From Euglena gracilis (taxonomy: Eukaryota), in the NCBI GenBank assembly GCA_039621445.1, contig CP154954.1, positions 20,570,642 through 20,634,641 on the forward strand: a stretch of DNA of 64,000 bases, read 5' to 3'. Positions 1 to 10,840 of this stretch are shown piece after piece. The position numbers were made by a program, and so were the translations under genes. Numbering within the stretch: the first letter of the stretch is position 1; every line of letters begins with the position of its first letter. The notes beneath the pieces are model-generated. The model saw only the letters and a program-made list of their open reading frames with translations, had not been told where the DNA came from and ran no database searches.

Positions 1-209
1 CAAAAACTGAGGGTGCCCCGTAATTGGAACCATCTTTTTCGGCCTGCCTCCTGCCCCGTTATTTGGGCACTGCCCACTCAAAGGGCACTGCCCCGTGATT
101 TGGGGGTCTTTACGTATAACTAACTCTATGGTCACTGTGAATTTTTCTTGACCTCATTTTTTCAATTTCCCACGGCCACCCTGAATACTGCGGCTGCATG
201 GACCCCAGA

Positions 210-231
210 CTCCCTTCCCCCCCCCCCCCAG
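210..231 (+). promoter_or_regulatory. Putative spliced-leader trans-splice acceptor (poly-C pyrimidine tract + CAG)
   Basis: ctcccttccccccccccccCAG lies 2 nt before ATG 234. SL trans-splicing is established in Euglenozoa. Confidence 0.55.
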
Positions 232-233
232 CG

Positions 234-3200
234 ATGGCTTGCGTGGCCCTGCAGGAGGCGGTGGACGCCATCCACCGGTTCGGGGCCCTGCAGCAGGGCC
301 GGCTGGACCGGCTGGCGGCCGCCAGCACGACCGGCGGCTTCCCCTCCGTCCCCCCTCCGCTGCCGTCCCCCGGCCAGGGGAGGGGCCGGACGGAATGGGA
401 ATCCCGGCAACCCTGGGGGCCAGGGCAGAACAGGAATCGGCCAAACAGTGGTGGGTGGGGGGGGGGTCGACCCCCCCCCCAGCCCATATTTCCGGAGCAC
501 CAATTTTCGACCCAATTTTTTTTCCCGGCGTCAAAGGCGCCAGGGAAAATTTGTTTGAAAAATCCGTGAAAATGCTGTGGTGGGTGGCCCCCCATCTCCC
601 GGGGGGGGGTCGACCGACAGAAGCCAAAGTGCATCTAAGGGGGGGGTCGACCGCGGTAATTGGGGAGTTGACCCCCCTACCCCAGTATCCTGGTGGGCGG
701 TTGGGTTACTTGACCATAGCCCCAAACTGTGAGTTTTGCTGGCGACCACCGCCCGCCAGCAAAACTCACAGTTGTGTGACGTTGCCCAAGCCGAATCATG
801 AAACTAATTCAGAATTCGGAAATATTGCAAAGCAGGATGACTCGAGCGGGGACGGGAGTCACGGCAAATGTATGTCGGGCAGGGTGTGCCGAATGTGGAG
901 GGTCCGACCTCACACATCACCTCATCAATATTTAGGTTAAAATTTTCGTTTGGTATTGAAGGAATGATCTGCCCCCCCCACCCTCCAAACAGAGTGGGAG
1001 AGGGCGGTGGAATTAAAGGTCTAGGAGCGTAGACTCATTTGACACCTGTGTTACCCTTCCCCAGGGGTGGATGGTGGGTGTTCTAGAGTGGGTGAGTTTT
1101 GCCCGGCTGAAGCCGGCTGAAGGCTGATGATTTTTTTTCCAGGGGTTCTGGCTGATTTTGGGTGGGTTTTGGGTGGGTGGGTGGGTGGGTCGACCTGGTC
1201 ATGCGAGGGCCGATTTTTTTTTAAAGAAGTGGGTGGCAGGTTTGGGCCCTGGGAAAAGTGCCCCACGCCCCAGGGATCACTAGCTATTCCATGCCTGAGA
1301 GACGACGTTGCGGACGGAACACCCCTGGCAAGCCCCAATGCGGTGTGAATGGACTCCCCCCAATGCATAGTTGTGTAAAACGTTTCGCCATGCGAAACGT
1401 AACTGCTGGCCTGGCTTGTCGCAGTGCCAGTCGGCAGTGCCACAGCCCCGGCCCATTTGTCAAACCGCCGCCCTCCCACTCCCTGGCCCCGCTCGGCACC
1501 GGTCGGAGGAGCAAGCCCGGGCAGCGTGGGACAAGGCGGAGTGGGAGCGGGCGGAGAAGGACCGGCCGGGCCAGCCTGGGCTGCCACCTGGATCCCCAAG
1601 CGCGGAGGTGGTGTCTGAGTGCCTTGCGAGGGGGGGGGGTCAGAAACCTGGACCACCAATCGGTGGTGGTTTGGGCACCCCACCTCTCTCCTGCACTTGT
1701 GGTCAGCCCCCGAGTTCATCATTTTTGTGATTTGGATAATCCCAAAATCGCCTAAAAAAACCCCAAAAAATCAACTAACCCCCCCAACAGGGCCCACGTT
1801 TCCCGATATTTTTTTCGGGATCCGATAAATTCAAGATCGTCGACAAGGCCCAAATGGGCCGATGTCCAATACAACGATTCTTGCTCTGGGGACGATGGGT
1901 CGCTGCCAGCCACCGCTGACGCCGACATTTTTTTTTGGGAGGCTTTGTTCTAAAAAAAACGCCCCAGCCGGCGGGCCACAGGACCGTGGTGCGGGCGCCG
2001 GCCTTCTCCCGCGACAGTCAGCGGCTGGCCAGTGGTGACGGTGGGGTCAGAGCGTGCGGTTCTGGGAGGCTGCTGGGGATGGGCTGCCACAAGCAGGCCC
2101 CCGCCTGGGTTTTGGGTGGGGGAGTGTGGGTGGGTCCGAACCCTGGTCATGAGGAAGCGGGGCGGCCCGATTTTTTTTTAAAGAAAGTGGGTCCTGGGAT
2201 TCAGCTAGCTATTCCAGCCTGAGAGGACGCGTGGCGGACGGAATAGCAGGCCCCCGCCTCGGCTAAGCGTAAGGAAATCTCCCGAAATCCGATCCTCCTG
2301 AAATTGAACCCTGGACAGCGGCTGAAAGCAAGGAAGGGCGTTTTGGGGGAAGAGAGTCGGCCCCTGGACGGGCGGGGAACTGAGGCGGGCGGTTGACCAG
2401 GTGAGGCCGGGTGGCCCCTCCTTCCAGTGGAAGGGGCCAACATCGGAACACAGGAGACCTGCCTCGGTCCGGGTTGGAGGAGGGGGGGGTGCCCCCCACC
2501 CCCCCACTCCTGGACCAGAGGGGGGGTCCGGACCACCCCCCACCTGCCAAGGGGTCTGTTCCGACCCTGGGGGGGGGTACCCGTGACCCCCCAAAAGGTC
2601 AGTTTTTTCCTTCCAGCGCTTTGCGCCGAATTTTTTGAGCCTTTTTGACAATGTTTGCCCCCAAAAGTGCCCGAAATGACATTTTTGACACTTTTGGCTA
2701 TTTTGGGGGGGGTCAAACTTTGATTTGGCCATTTTGGGTCAAACCGCATCGCGCTGGCCGAATTTCGGTCACCCAGACCACGCCACTGCACAGGAGGGGG
2801 GGAGTCCCCTGCCTGACTGGGGGGGGGTCTGACGACCCCCTCCCGCCCTTTATTGAACCTTGGTGCTGTCGCGACTCTTCACGAAACCCACACAGGCGGC
2901 CCGCAGGGGACGGGACCGGGAGGCGGCGGAGAGGCTGCGGCTGCAGCGCGAGGAGGAGGACCGGGCGGCGCGGGAGCGGGCAGGATGGTCGTTGTGTGGG
3001 AGGAGGGCACGTCTGGAGTGGCAATGGCTGTGTTGGTTCCCTGCACTAACCCCCCCCCCACTGATAAAGTCCCGGGGGTTTATAGGATCTGGTTTGGCTG
3101 GTCAGCCGAAGGGGGGGTTTATAAGTCAAGGAATGTTGGTGAAAATCTGACCCCTCAAGGTGACCTAAAACCTCCCAAATTTGGCAATTTTCGGCAAATT

Positions 3201-6200
3201 TGGCCAAAAATGGCATTTTTGATGATGGTCGGTCTCAAAAAAAATTCCAAAAAAGATAGTTTTTGGGTGGATTGCGGCCGAAAAAATTGTCCCCAGCGGT
3301 TTTCATTTTACTTCTCCAGGGGTGGTTATAAGTCAAGGTTTGGTTGGTCAGCCCAAGGGGAGGGTTACAAGTTGGGGGGGGGTTCACTATTTACCCAGTG
3401 AACCGTTCATTAACACTCAGCACTCTGGGGCTGCCCGAGACCAATTACCCTTCTTAGTGCGGTGTGTATTATGTTCCCGGGTGCACTCCCACTCTGGTGT
3501 GCTTCCTCAAAGGACACCGGCCTTTCTGAAGCTGTGAACGCCGGATGCGGGAGGAACGTGAACAAGGGCAGGCCTCTTTTGAGGCTGGTGCGCAAATAGG
3601 TGGATTTGGGTGTTATTGATTTGGTGATTTGAGTTCTGAATGTCGTTCTTTTTTTGGGTTATTCTCTTTTTTTCTTTGCTCTTTGTGATGGACCACAGTG
3701 CATTTTTTTGGGTTGGGGACTCGAGAAAGAGCTGCCTGTGTCCGGGGGGGATATACAAGTTGGATATTTTGCATTTGCATTTTCTTGTATGATGCAAAGC
3801 TTTTTCTTGCAGTTTTTTTCCATGATGAAGAATTTGCAAAAACTCGCATTGTTTGCATTTTTTCATACTTTGCTTTCCAATTTTAGGGGCAATTGCGCAC
3901 ACCAATTGCTCTTCTGCCAGGATAATGGAGGTTGCACACCGCACATTTTGGCCACAAGTGGATGCCACTGGGCAAACCAAGCATGATATTTTTCAAGTTT
4001 GGACCACGTTTTTGATGTATGTCCTGGTAGAAATAAGTGCAAATGATTGTTCAAAGCATGCACCATGCTTCAGAGCAAATGATGTTGCAAAGCAAAAATT
4101 TACACGGAAGCGGCTTTTAATAAAATCATTTTTTTTTCAAAATATTTATTTTGTAAATCTCAAGTCCTCTCCACCGCCCTTGGACACCACAATTTTCTGG
4201 GGTCCCCGCTGGGAATCCGGAAAAGAAGCCAGGGCTGCACTTTTTACTTCAGGGGGAGCCAACCAGCAAGAGAATTGAACAACCCCCAAAAACGCCCGCC
4301 CCGGCGGGAGGAGGCGCGGAAGGCGCAGGAGGACAAGGAGAACCGCCTGAAGCGGCAGCACGAGGAGCCGGAGCGGCGGCTGAGCAAGAAGCAGCGGCAG
4401 CCCCCGCCGCCGTGCTCCCCGCGCTCCGCGGCGGCGCATTACGACATGCCGCCGCCCATAGATTCGTGTGTGACTTTGGGCCCGAGGGCGGGGGGGGGGG
4501 TCGTGCCTGCCTCCCCAGGCACTCCAGGGCACTCCGACACCCCCGCTCCCCTCCCGAGGTTGGTCAAATTCAGCCTGCGTTGGGGTGGGGGGGGTGGGGG
4601 CTTGGCCCATGGATGAAGTTCCCCTCTCCCCCCGAGGTCGCCACGTATCTATGCCGCCGCCCTCCTCCCTGAAGGCAGTGCCCCTCGGCAACATGACAAA
4701 CACCCAGGGCCTGTGGGTCGTCCATCCAGGTGCAGTGCGGAGGACCACAAATCTGCAAATGTTCCTTGTGAGTCAAGTGCCGTGCACGGCGTGGCAAAAC
4801 CATCGGTGTGGGTGTGGGTGTGGGTATGGGTGCCGCAAGAGACCCAATTATGAGGTCCGCAAAAGAAATACCCACACCCACACCCATACCCATACCTGTG
4901 CCGAGGCAGAGCTCATCACCAGCTGAGGGCACCGTCGGCTTCCAACTCTGCCTGGGGCCTCGGGGCCCTGCCTCCGCCCCGGCTCAGTCCCCCCGGCAGA
5001 CGCCCAAGTCCCCCCGGTCCCACGAGCTGCACGCCCACCCGAAGCCCGCCCCCGCCCAGCACGCAGCCCCGGCCCCCGCCAAGCCGCAGCCGCAGCCGGC
5101 GGTCGCCCCCGCGCCGCTTGTGGCCGCGTCGCCCGCCGACGACCCCAGCCGGAAGGCCCAGCCCCCCGCCCAGGGTGTGAAGTGACCATTGGTTTTGTAC
5201 AGGGGGGAGGGCCGGGATTTTTTTTTGTTCCGCGGCGCGTTGTGCTGGAATGTAAATGTTTTCATCATCTGGGTTTGCCAATTTGGTGAAAGAATCACAT
5301 TCCCGCGCGTTGCGCCGGCTTTTTTCCCCCAGCAGGAGGGACCCCCCTGGGCGTGAAGGGGGTTAGGGACCCCCTTAGTTGCACTAAGGCTTCTTGTCTG
5401 TTTATGGCCGGCGCTAAATTCGCTTCTGGCCCAGTTTGCTGTGTGGTGAGTGGCCAGGGACCCCTTACACCAGTCCTCTTTTGTTGCTCCCCCTGGCCGG
5501 GTGAGTAACTCTGGTGTAATTCCGGCGCTGTAGGGACATACACTCACCTTGTGTGGTTGGTGTGCTTCCCGTGGGTGGGTCTACACCCTTGCGCCCCAGT
5601 TCTGCTCTTGCCTCCTGCCCTCTTCCCACTTTTCTGTGTGGGGGATGCATGGCGCAGGCACAACGCCATGACTTGAAAAACTCCAATGTGGCCTCACAGT
5701 CCCGCGGCTTAGGTAAACCCGGGTCACCAAGTCTCGGCCTTAGGGCGGGTGGCGGGTGGGTAGTGTGCTGCTGGGCACCAGTAGTTCCTTACATACTGGT
5801 ACCTGCGCTCCATGCCTGTCCGGGGTTGGTTTGGGTGGTCCACTGCCTCGCGGGTGGGTCCCTCTCTGCTGGCTTCCCCTTTGGGGGTGGGTTGCTGGGG
5901 GGTGCGCTCCTACTAAGCCGGCGAGCCCGAAGGCCCCCCTGCCATGTCCCCCGGGCGGTCGCACGAAGCGCCATGCCCCCCTACAGAGGCATCGGAGGGT
6001 TAGGGACCCCCCCTCATCGCTGCTCACTTCAGACCCTGGCCCGCCTGGGCCCGGTCACAGGCCATCCACGACGCCCTCGCCGCCCAGAACCGCAGCCATG
6101 TGAATGCTTACGCCTCTTCTCCCTTTCGCATGCTTTGGTAGCTGGCAACTTTCCCCCCCCCCCAGGCGCCTGGCAAAGGGACTCGTTCAATTCATTTCTT

Positions 6201-8217
6201 GGATTGTGTTTCTGCCTTTTTTGATGGAATGAATCTGGCTCCGTCCCCGTGGTGCAAAGCATTTGCATTGCCGGGATCCTGATGAGATCTTCGCACCGCT
6301 GAACACAGGGTGCACGGCTCTCTGACTTAAAGGGGGTCTCTTCCCAAAGAATGTTTCTTGTGTACTGCCAAGAACTCAAACAGCACGTTGGAGTGTGGAT
6401 CATTTCAGTGCCCCCCTTTTTATTGATATGCTGTCATATTCCGCAAGCTCCCCAAATAATAACCCCTTCCCATTTTTTTTTTCACCGCGAAATTTTTGTT
6501 TCTGCATCATTTCTTCGTCGAAGGCACTGTCCAATGTGACAGTTTTAAAAAATAACTGCCAACACGGAATGAAAACAAAGAATTTAAGAAAACGAATGAA
6601 GACAAAGAAGTTTTATTAACGGAGCATTTGAAGTTTTTTTTTTGTGACCCAAAAGTCCAAATAATTGGCCCCTCGGGAACGAACATCCCTAAGTGCATAA
6701 AGTGCATGGACAATCTTCATTCTTTTTTTTTTGCTATGCAAAGGTTTGTTCCTTGAAAATTGTCCACAAGGTGTTTCATTCAGTGAACACTGGAATGGAG
6801 TAACAGGTTTTTTATTGTATTATATATTTGCATTATTTGGTAATGTCGGTGAAAAACCTTGCCACCCTGACATCCCTGAAATCAAACTGCTTTTTGCAAT
6901 TTGGGAGCAGAGGTGGCAACAGTGACAACGACCCATGAGCGACAACGACCAAAGAGCGGAAACCGATGGTGACCTTTTTCGACCTTGGGCATTTCTTTTG
7001 CTTTTTGTTTGCTGAACGTTTTCCCCTGGTAATTAAACCTCCTTCCTCATTTTTCTTTGCTGGCAATTTCCCCTGAATCGGTGATTTCCCTCCTTTATCA
7101 ACAATGGGTCCTCTCCACTGATTAACGCTGGTTTGTCCAATGGAAGCCGAGTAAGTGGAAGCTTATTTTTTTGAAGTTCAGCTTCCTGGGGGAAGGGAAG
7201 GCCCAGCCGCCAACCCCCCCCCCCCCGCTCCAGGGTGTGCTAGGTGTGGGTGGGTTAGGGCTGTACGGGAACCCCCACAACCCTATGGGTGGTGGGGGGT
7301 CGACCCCCCCCCCACCCTCATCCGGGTGGTAGGGGGTGGTTCTGACCCCCCCCACCAGGCCTTCCCGTATTTCCGCCGATTCTTTGGGTGAAAGTTTTCC
7401 TTCGGCGCTTTTGGCACTGAAGGAATTGTCTTTGAGCAGGTGCCATGGTGGGTGGGGGGGTGTCCACCCCGCGCACCTCCCGGGTGTGTGCCGACCCCCC
7501 CCCCCCGCCAGGGGATTTCTTAAGCCGGAGGACCATCCCCCCCGGGGGGGGGGGAGGGTCCAGCCAGCCAGCATCTCAAATCCAGCCAGCAGCTCGTTTC
7601 CAGCCAGCAGCCTCGCGGGTACTTACCCCCCCCCCCCCTATGTCCAACGACCCCCCTATGTCCAATGACCACCCCCCCGGTCAGAGGACACCTTTTCGGA
7701 GGTTTGACCAAATTTTTGGTCCCGGCGTGAAGCGCCGGGACGAAAGATTTTGCCCAAAAATTGCCCAGAAATTTGGGCAAAATGCCATTTTTGACACTTT
7801 TTGGACAAAAATTTGTCAAAATTGCCCAAAATTTTCGGCGCAAAGCGCCGGAAGGGAAAATTTGGGCATTTTTGGGTGGGTAGGGACCCGGGTACCCACC
7901 AACTTTCTTTCGACCCCATGTCCAACGACCACCCCCCCCCCCCGGTCAGAGGACAGAGGTTACTGGTCATTGGACATAGGGGGGGGGGGGGTAAGATATC
8001 CCCCGTCTCCCGCTCCTAAAAAGAAACCTCCGGTAGAACGCGTTCCCCGCCGCGGGTGCCCCCCGTGCCGGGGACCGGCGTGGACCTGGACCGCATCTTC
8101 GGCCCGACGTACGCGAAGCACAAGCGGCCGCGCACCAGCTCCGCCAACTGGCACATCGACCGCTTCACGCCCGCGGAGGAGCTGCAGTACAAGCGCGACA
8201 TGGGCTACTCCGCGTAG
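234..8217 (+). CDS. INCENP: INCENP-like chromosomal passenger protein, multi-exon. Exons 234-371, 1491-1568, ~2868-2977, ~4300-4457, ~4663-4672, ~4976-5167, 6043-6093, 6275-~6304, ~8074-8217; further small exons possible near 1965-2030 and 2355-2400
   Basis: Stitched C-terminus RKAQPPAWARSQAIHDALAAQNR|DPDEIFAPLN|TGVDLDRIFGPTYAKHKRPRTSSANWHIDRFTPAEELQYKRDMGYSA* has the IN-box motifs (PxWA, DPDxIF, RTSSANW, YxxxMG). Upstream exons encode E/R/K-rich helical and Pro-rich segments. ATG at 234 follows a poly-C tract and CAG; TAG at 8215-8217. Confidence 0.85.
372..1490 (+). other. Non-conventional intron (gene A)
   Basis: ggcCAGGG...CCCTGgcccc; phase-0 join SP|ARHRSEE. An extra small exon inside cannot be excluded. 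Confidence 0.6.
5168..6042 (+). other. Non-conventional intron with 15-bp terminal inverted repeat
   Basis: CAGGGTGTGAAGTGA (from 5171) pairs with TCACTTCAGACCCTG (to 6038), 14/15. The join gives QPP|AWARSQ. Confidence 0.8.
6094..6274 (+). other. Non-conventional intron inside the IN-box
   Basis: agcCATGTGAATGCTT...AAGCATTTGCATTgccgg; join QNR|DPDEIF. Confidence 0.75.
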
Positions 8218-9262
8218 CCTGTGCAGGCCTGTGCCAGCGCTGCTTCGCTGCGTCTGTTGGTCGTCCCGATTTTATGGTTGGTGACGTGGGAGGGGGGCTT
8301 GGAAACGTACCCGAGGAGGGGTGGGTCTCCCCCCCCCCCCCCCGCGAGGTTGGGTGCCGGGCTGAGTGAGCACCCTGAATCCCCCCCCCCTGGAAGAGTT
8401 TTTCCAGGGTTTCCAGGAAGGAGTGTTTCCTGCTTTTAAACTCCAAAATTGCCTCCCCCAACCATGTCCAAATGAAGTTCTGATCCTTGTCCCAGTCGAA
8501 GGCATGCTGGTGGGGTGTTCATTGTTGGGCGGGCTGACCTCTCATTTGACTCTATTTGTCGATTAAATCCGCCAAGGAACGGGCCACAGCAGATGGTACT
8601 CATGAAGGGTGTTTAAACTGTTTTATTTTTCAGTGCGGTGCTGAAAAACACATTTTCTAGAGCAGGATTTTTTTCTGATCCACGCAAGTGACCCCCAAAG
8701 AAGGCTCGATCCCCAACCCTCTGCCCTGACCCTCCTTGGTGACACTCCCCCGTCGGGTCCTGGAAGCAGCTTCTGAACTGCTCTTTGAATGTTACAGGCA
8801 GCCTAACCATATTCTTTTTTTTGCACCCATTATGGCAACGCTGTCCAGACTTGTTTTTTCCCCCGACGGCACTGCCCGGAAGGGTCTTCGCTGCCTAAAC
8901 CAGTGCTTCTCTTTCAGATTCAGTGCCATGGCGAATCGCCAATGCCATGGGGTTCTGTTTCCTGACGTCTGTTCTCACCCCAGGAGGTTCCAACAAGGCT
9001 CCACCATTGCACAATTTCCCCGTTACATGCCACCCCCGTTCTTTGGTGGACAAAGAAAGCCTGGGAAAGCCTTCCGCCACATCTGACCTCTCTTGTCCCT
9101 GTAAATTGTTGACCTCTCCGCTTTCCCAGAGAACCTCCTCCCGCCCAGGGCTGCACGGGAATCCCAGAAACCCTATGGCAGTTGGCGGGGTCGACCACCC
9201 CCACCTCCATCCTGGCAGGTGGAGGGAATCCCCACCATGTCTTCCCGTACCGTGTACCACGC

Positions 9263-9908
9263 AAATTTTCAGACCCTGAAAAATCGAAAAAAATAATGGC
9301 ACCCCACACTCCACAGTGTCATCCCGAAATCGCCTCCCAGAGCTGAGAGCACTGGTGGAGGGGTGCTTTGACAGGCAATTGTGATGGCACCAGCGAAGGC
9401 CTTTTGGGCATCATTTTGGAAATGGACGGCCTTTTCAAACCGCATTCACTGCAGTCCAGTAGGATCAGGCTTGCTCCATGCACAATTGCCGGTCCGGGTG
9501 GGGTGAGTTGGGTTGACAGCTGGAAATGGGCTCCCCAGTCATTTTTTCCTGCTGGGCTCTCAAACTGAGTTTTCCTGGACTGTTCACAGTGGATGGGATT
9601 ACAGTTTCACCAAAATTTGTGTGCAAGAAGTCCATTGAAATTCACCAAAGGCGATCCATTTCGATGTCCTCGTTTTGTTTGTGCAAGCCTGTACAACAGC
9701 AACTTTTACATCTATAACACTCGGTGCCAAATTGCATTTCTGCTGTTCTGCAATACCATGGTGGTGCCATCGGGCACTAAGCAGTCACAATTGCCTGTCA
9801 AAGCACCCCTCCACCAGTGCTCTCAACTCTGGGAGGCGATTTGGGGATGGCACTGTGGAGTGTGGGGTGCCATTATCTTTTTTCGATTTTTTCAGGGTCG
9901 GAAAATTT
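9263..9908. repeat. Long inverted repeat, ~120-bp arms (9263-9384 and 9785-9908)
   Basis: The arms are near-perfect reverse complements. Confidence 0.85.
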
Positions 9909-10725
9909 ACTTGGCACACTGTATTTCCGGGGCGCCAAAATTTAGGTCAAAGTTTTCTTTCAGCACCTTTGGCGTCGAAGGGAGGGGTTCTCTGCGCGGG
10001 TGGGTTGACCCTCCCGGGTGGGGGGGGTCGACCCCCCCCACCAGGCCTTCCCATACAGCCCGGCCCTCGCCTGTGTACGCTGTTCCGTCCTCCCCTGTTT
10101 TATTTGGGCCCCGACACGCTCGCACCGCCTCGCTCTCCTTTCCCTCCCCTGCCCCTGGCTTCCTTCCCCTATTCCGCCACCCCCTCACCCTCCATGCCTC
10201 CTTTCCTCTGGGCCCGGGGGATGAGGAGCCTCCAGGCATCGGGCAGCCTCCAGACCGAAGCACCTCACTGCTTCATGTGAACGCTCCCCCTTTTGGTGGT
10301 CTGGATAGGTCGGGCCTCATCCCCCCAGAGAATAGGGGCCGCCTCACAAATTCAACAACCGTTTTTTTTTTTAATCCTCATTAGTGATGCCCCCCCCCCC
10401 CCCTGCAGTCGGTGTCCTGCAGGGAACGCGCAGAGTCCAGGAGCGTCCGCAGAGCCAGGATACCCGGAGCCTACTGCCATTCAAAATGGCGGTCTGGCCG
10501 ATTTTTTTTTGTTGCCGTGAATACCCTTCTCAGAATTCCACTGGCCGATGCGCAGATGGCTGGAGCAGGGGTGAGCAAGCGAGTGGCTCAATGACGCAAG
10601 GATTCAACGCCAACTTCTGAGAAGGTCAGCCCCCGGGCAGTCCCCAATACACCCCAACCCAACCAGTTGAGCGCTTGGCACACCCAACGTAAGTAAGTGC
10701 TGTTGTCACACCATACCGATACCTA

Positions 10726-10840
10726 CCCCCCCCCCCCGGGAAACTGTCATGCCCGAGAACCTGTCAGGGTCCCGCCCGGGAAACTGTCAGGGTCCCCGGT
10801 GCCGGCCAACCTGTCAGGTGACAGTTTCCCGGGGGGGGGG
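10726..10840. mobile_element. TA-flanked MITE with (C)nGGGAAACTGTCA termini
   Basis: TA|CCCC..GGGAAACTGTCA...TGACAGTTTCCC..GGGG|TA. Other copies at 16114-16273 and 49588-49822; variants at ~45345-45468 and ~58934-59292. Confidence 0.8.

Noticed and set aside
6279-6310. Hammerhead ribozyme core CTGATGAG
   Set aside because: It is coding (DPDEIF of the IN-box) and has no matching GAAA or stems.
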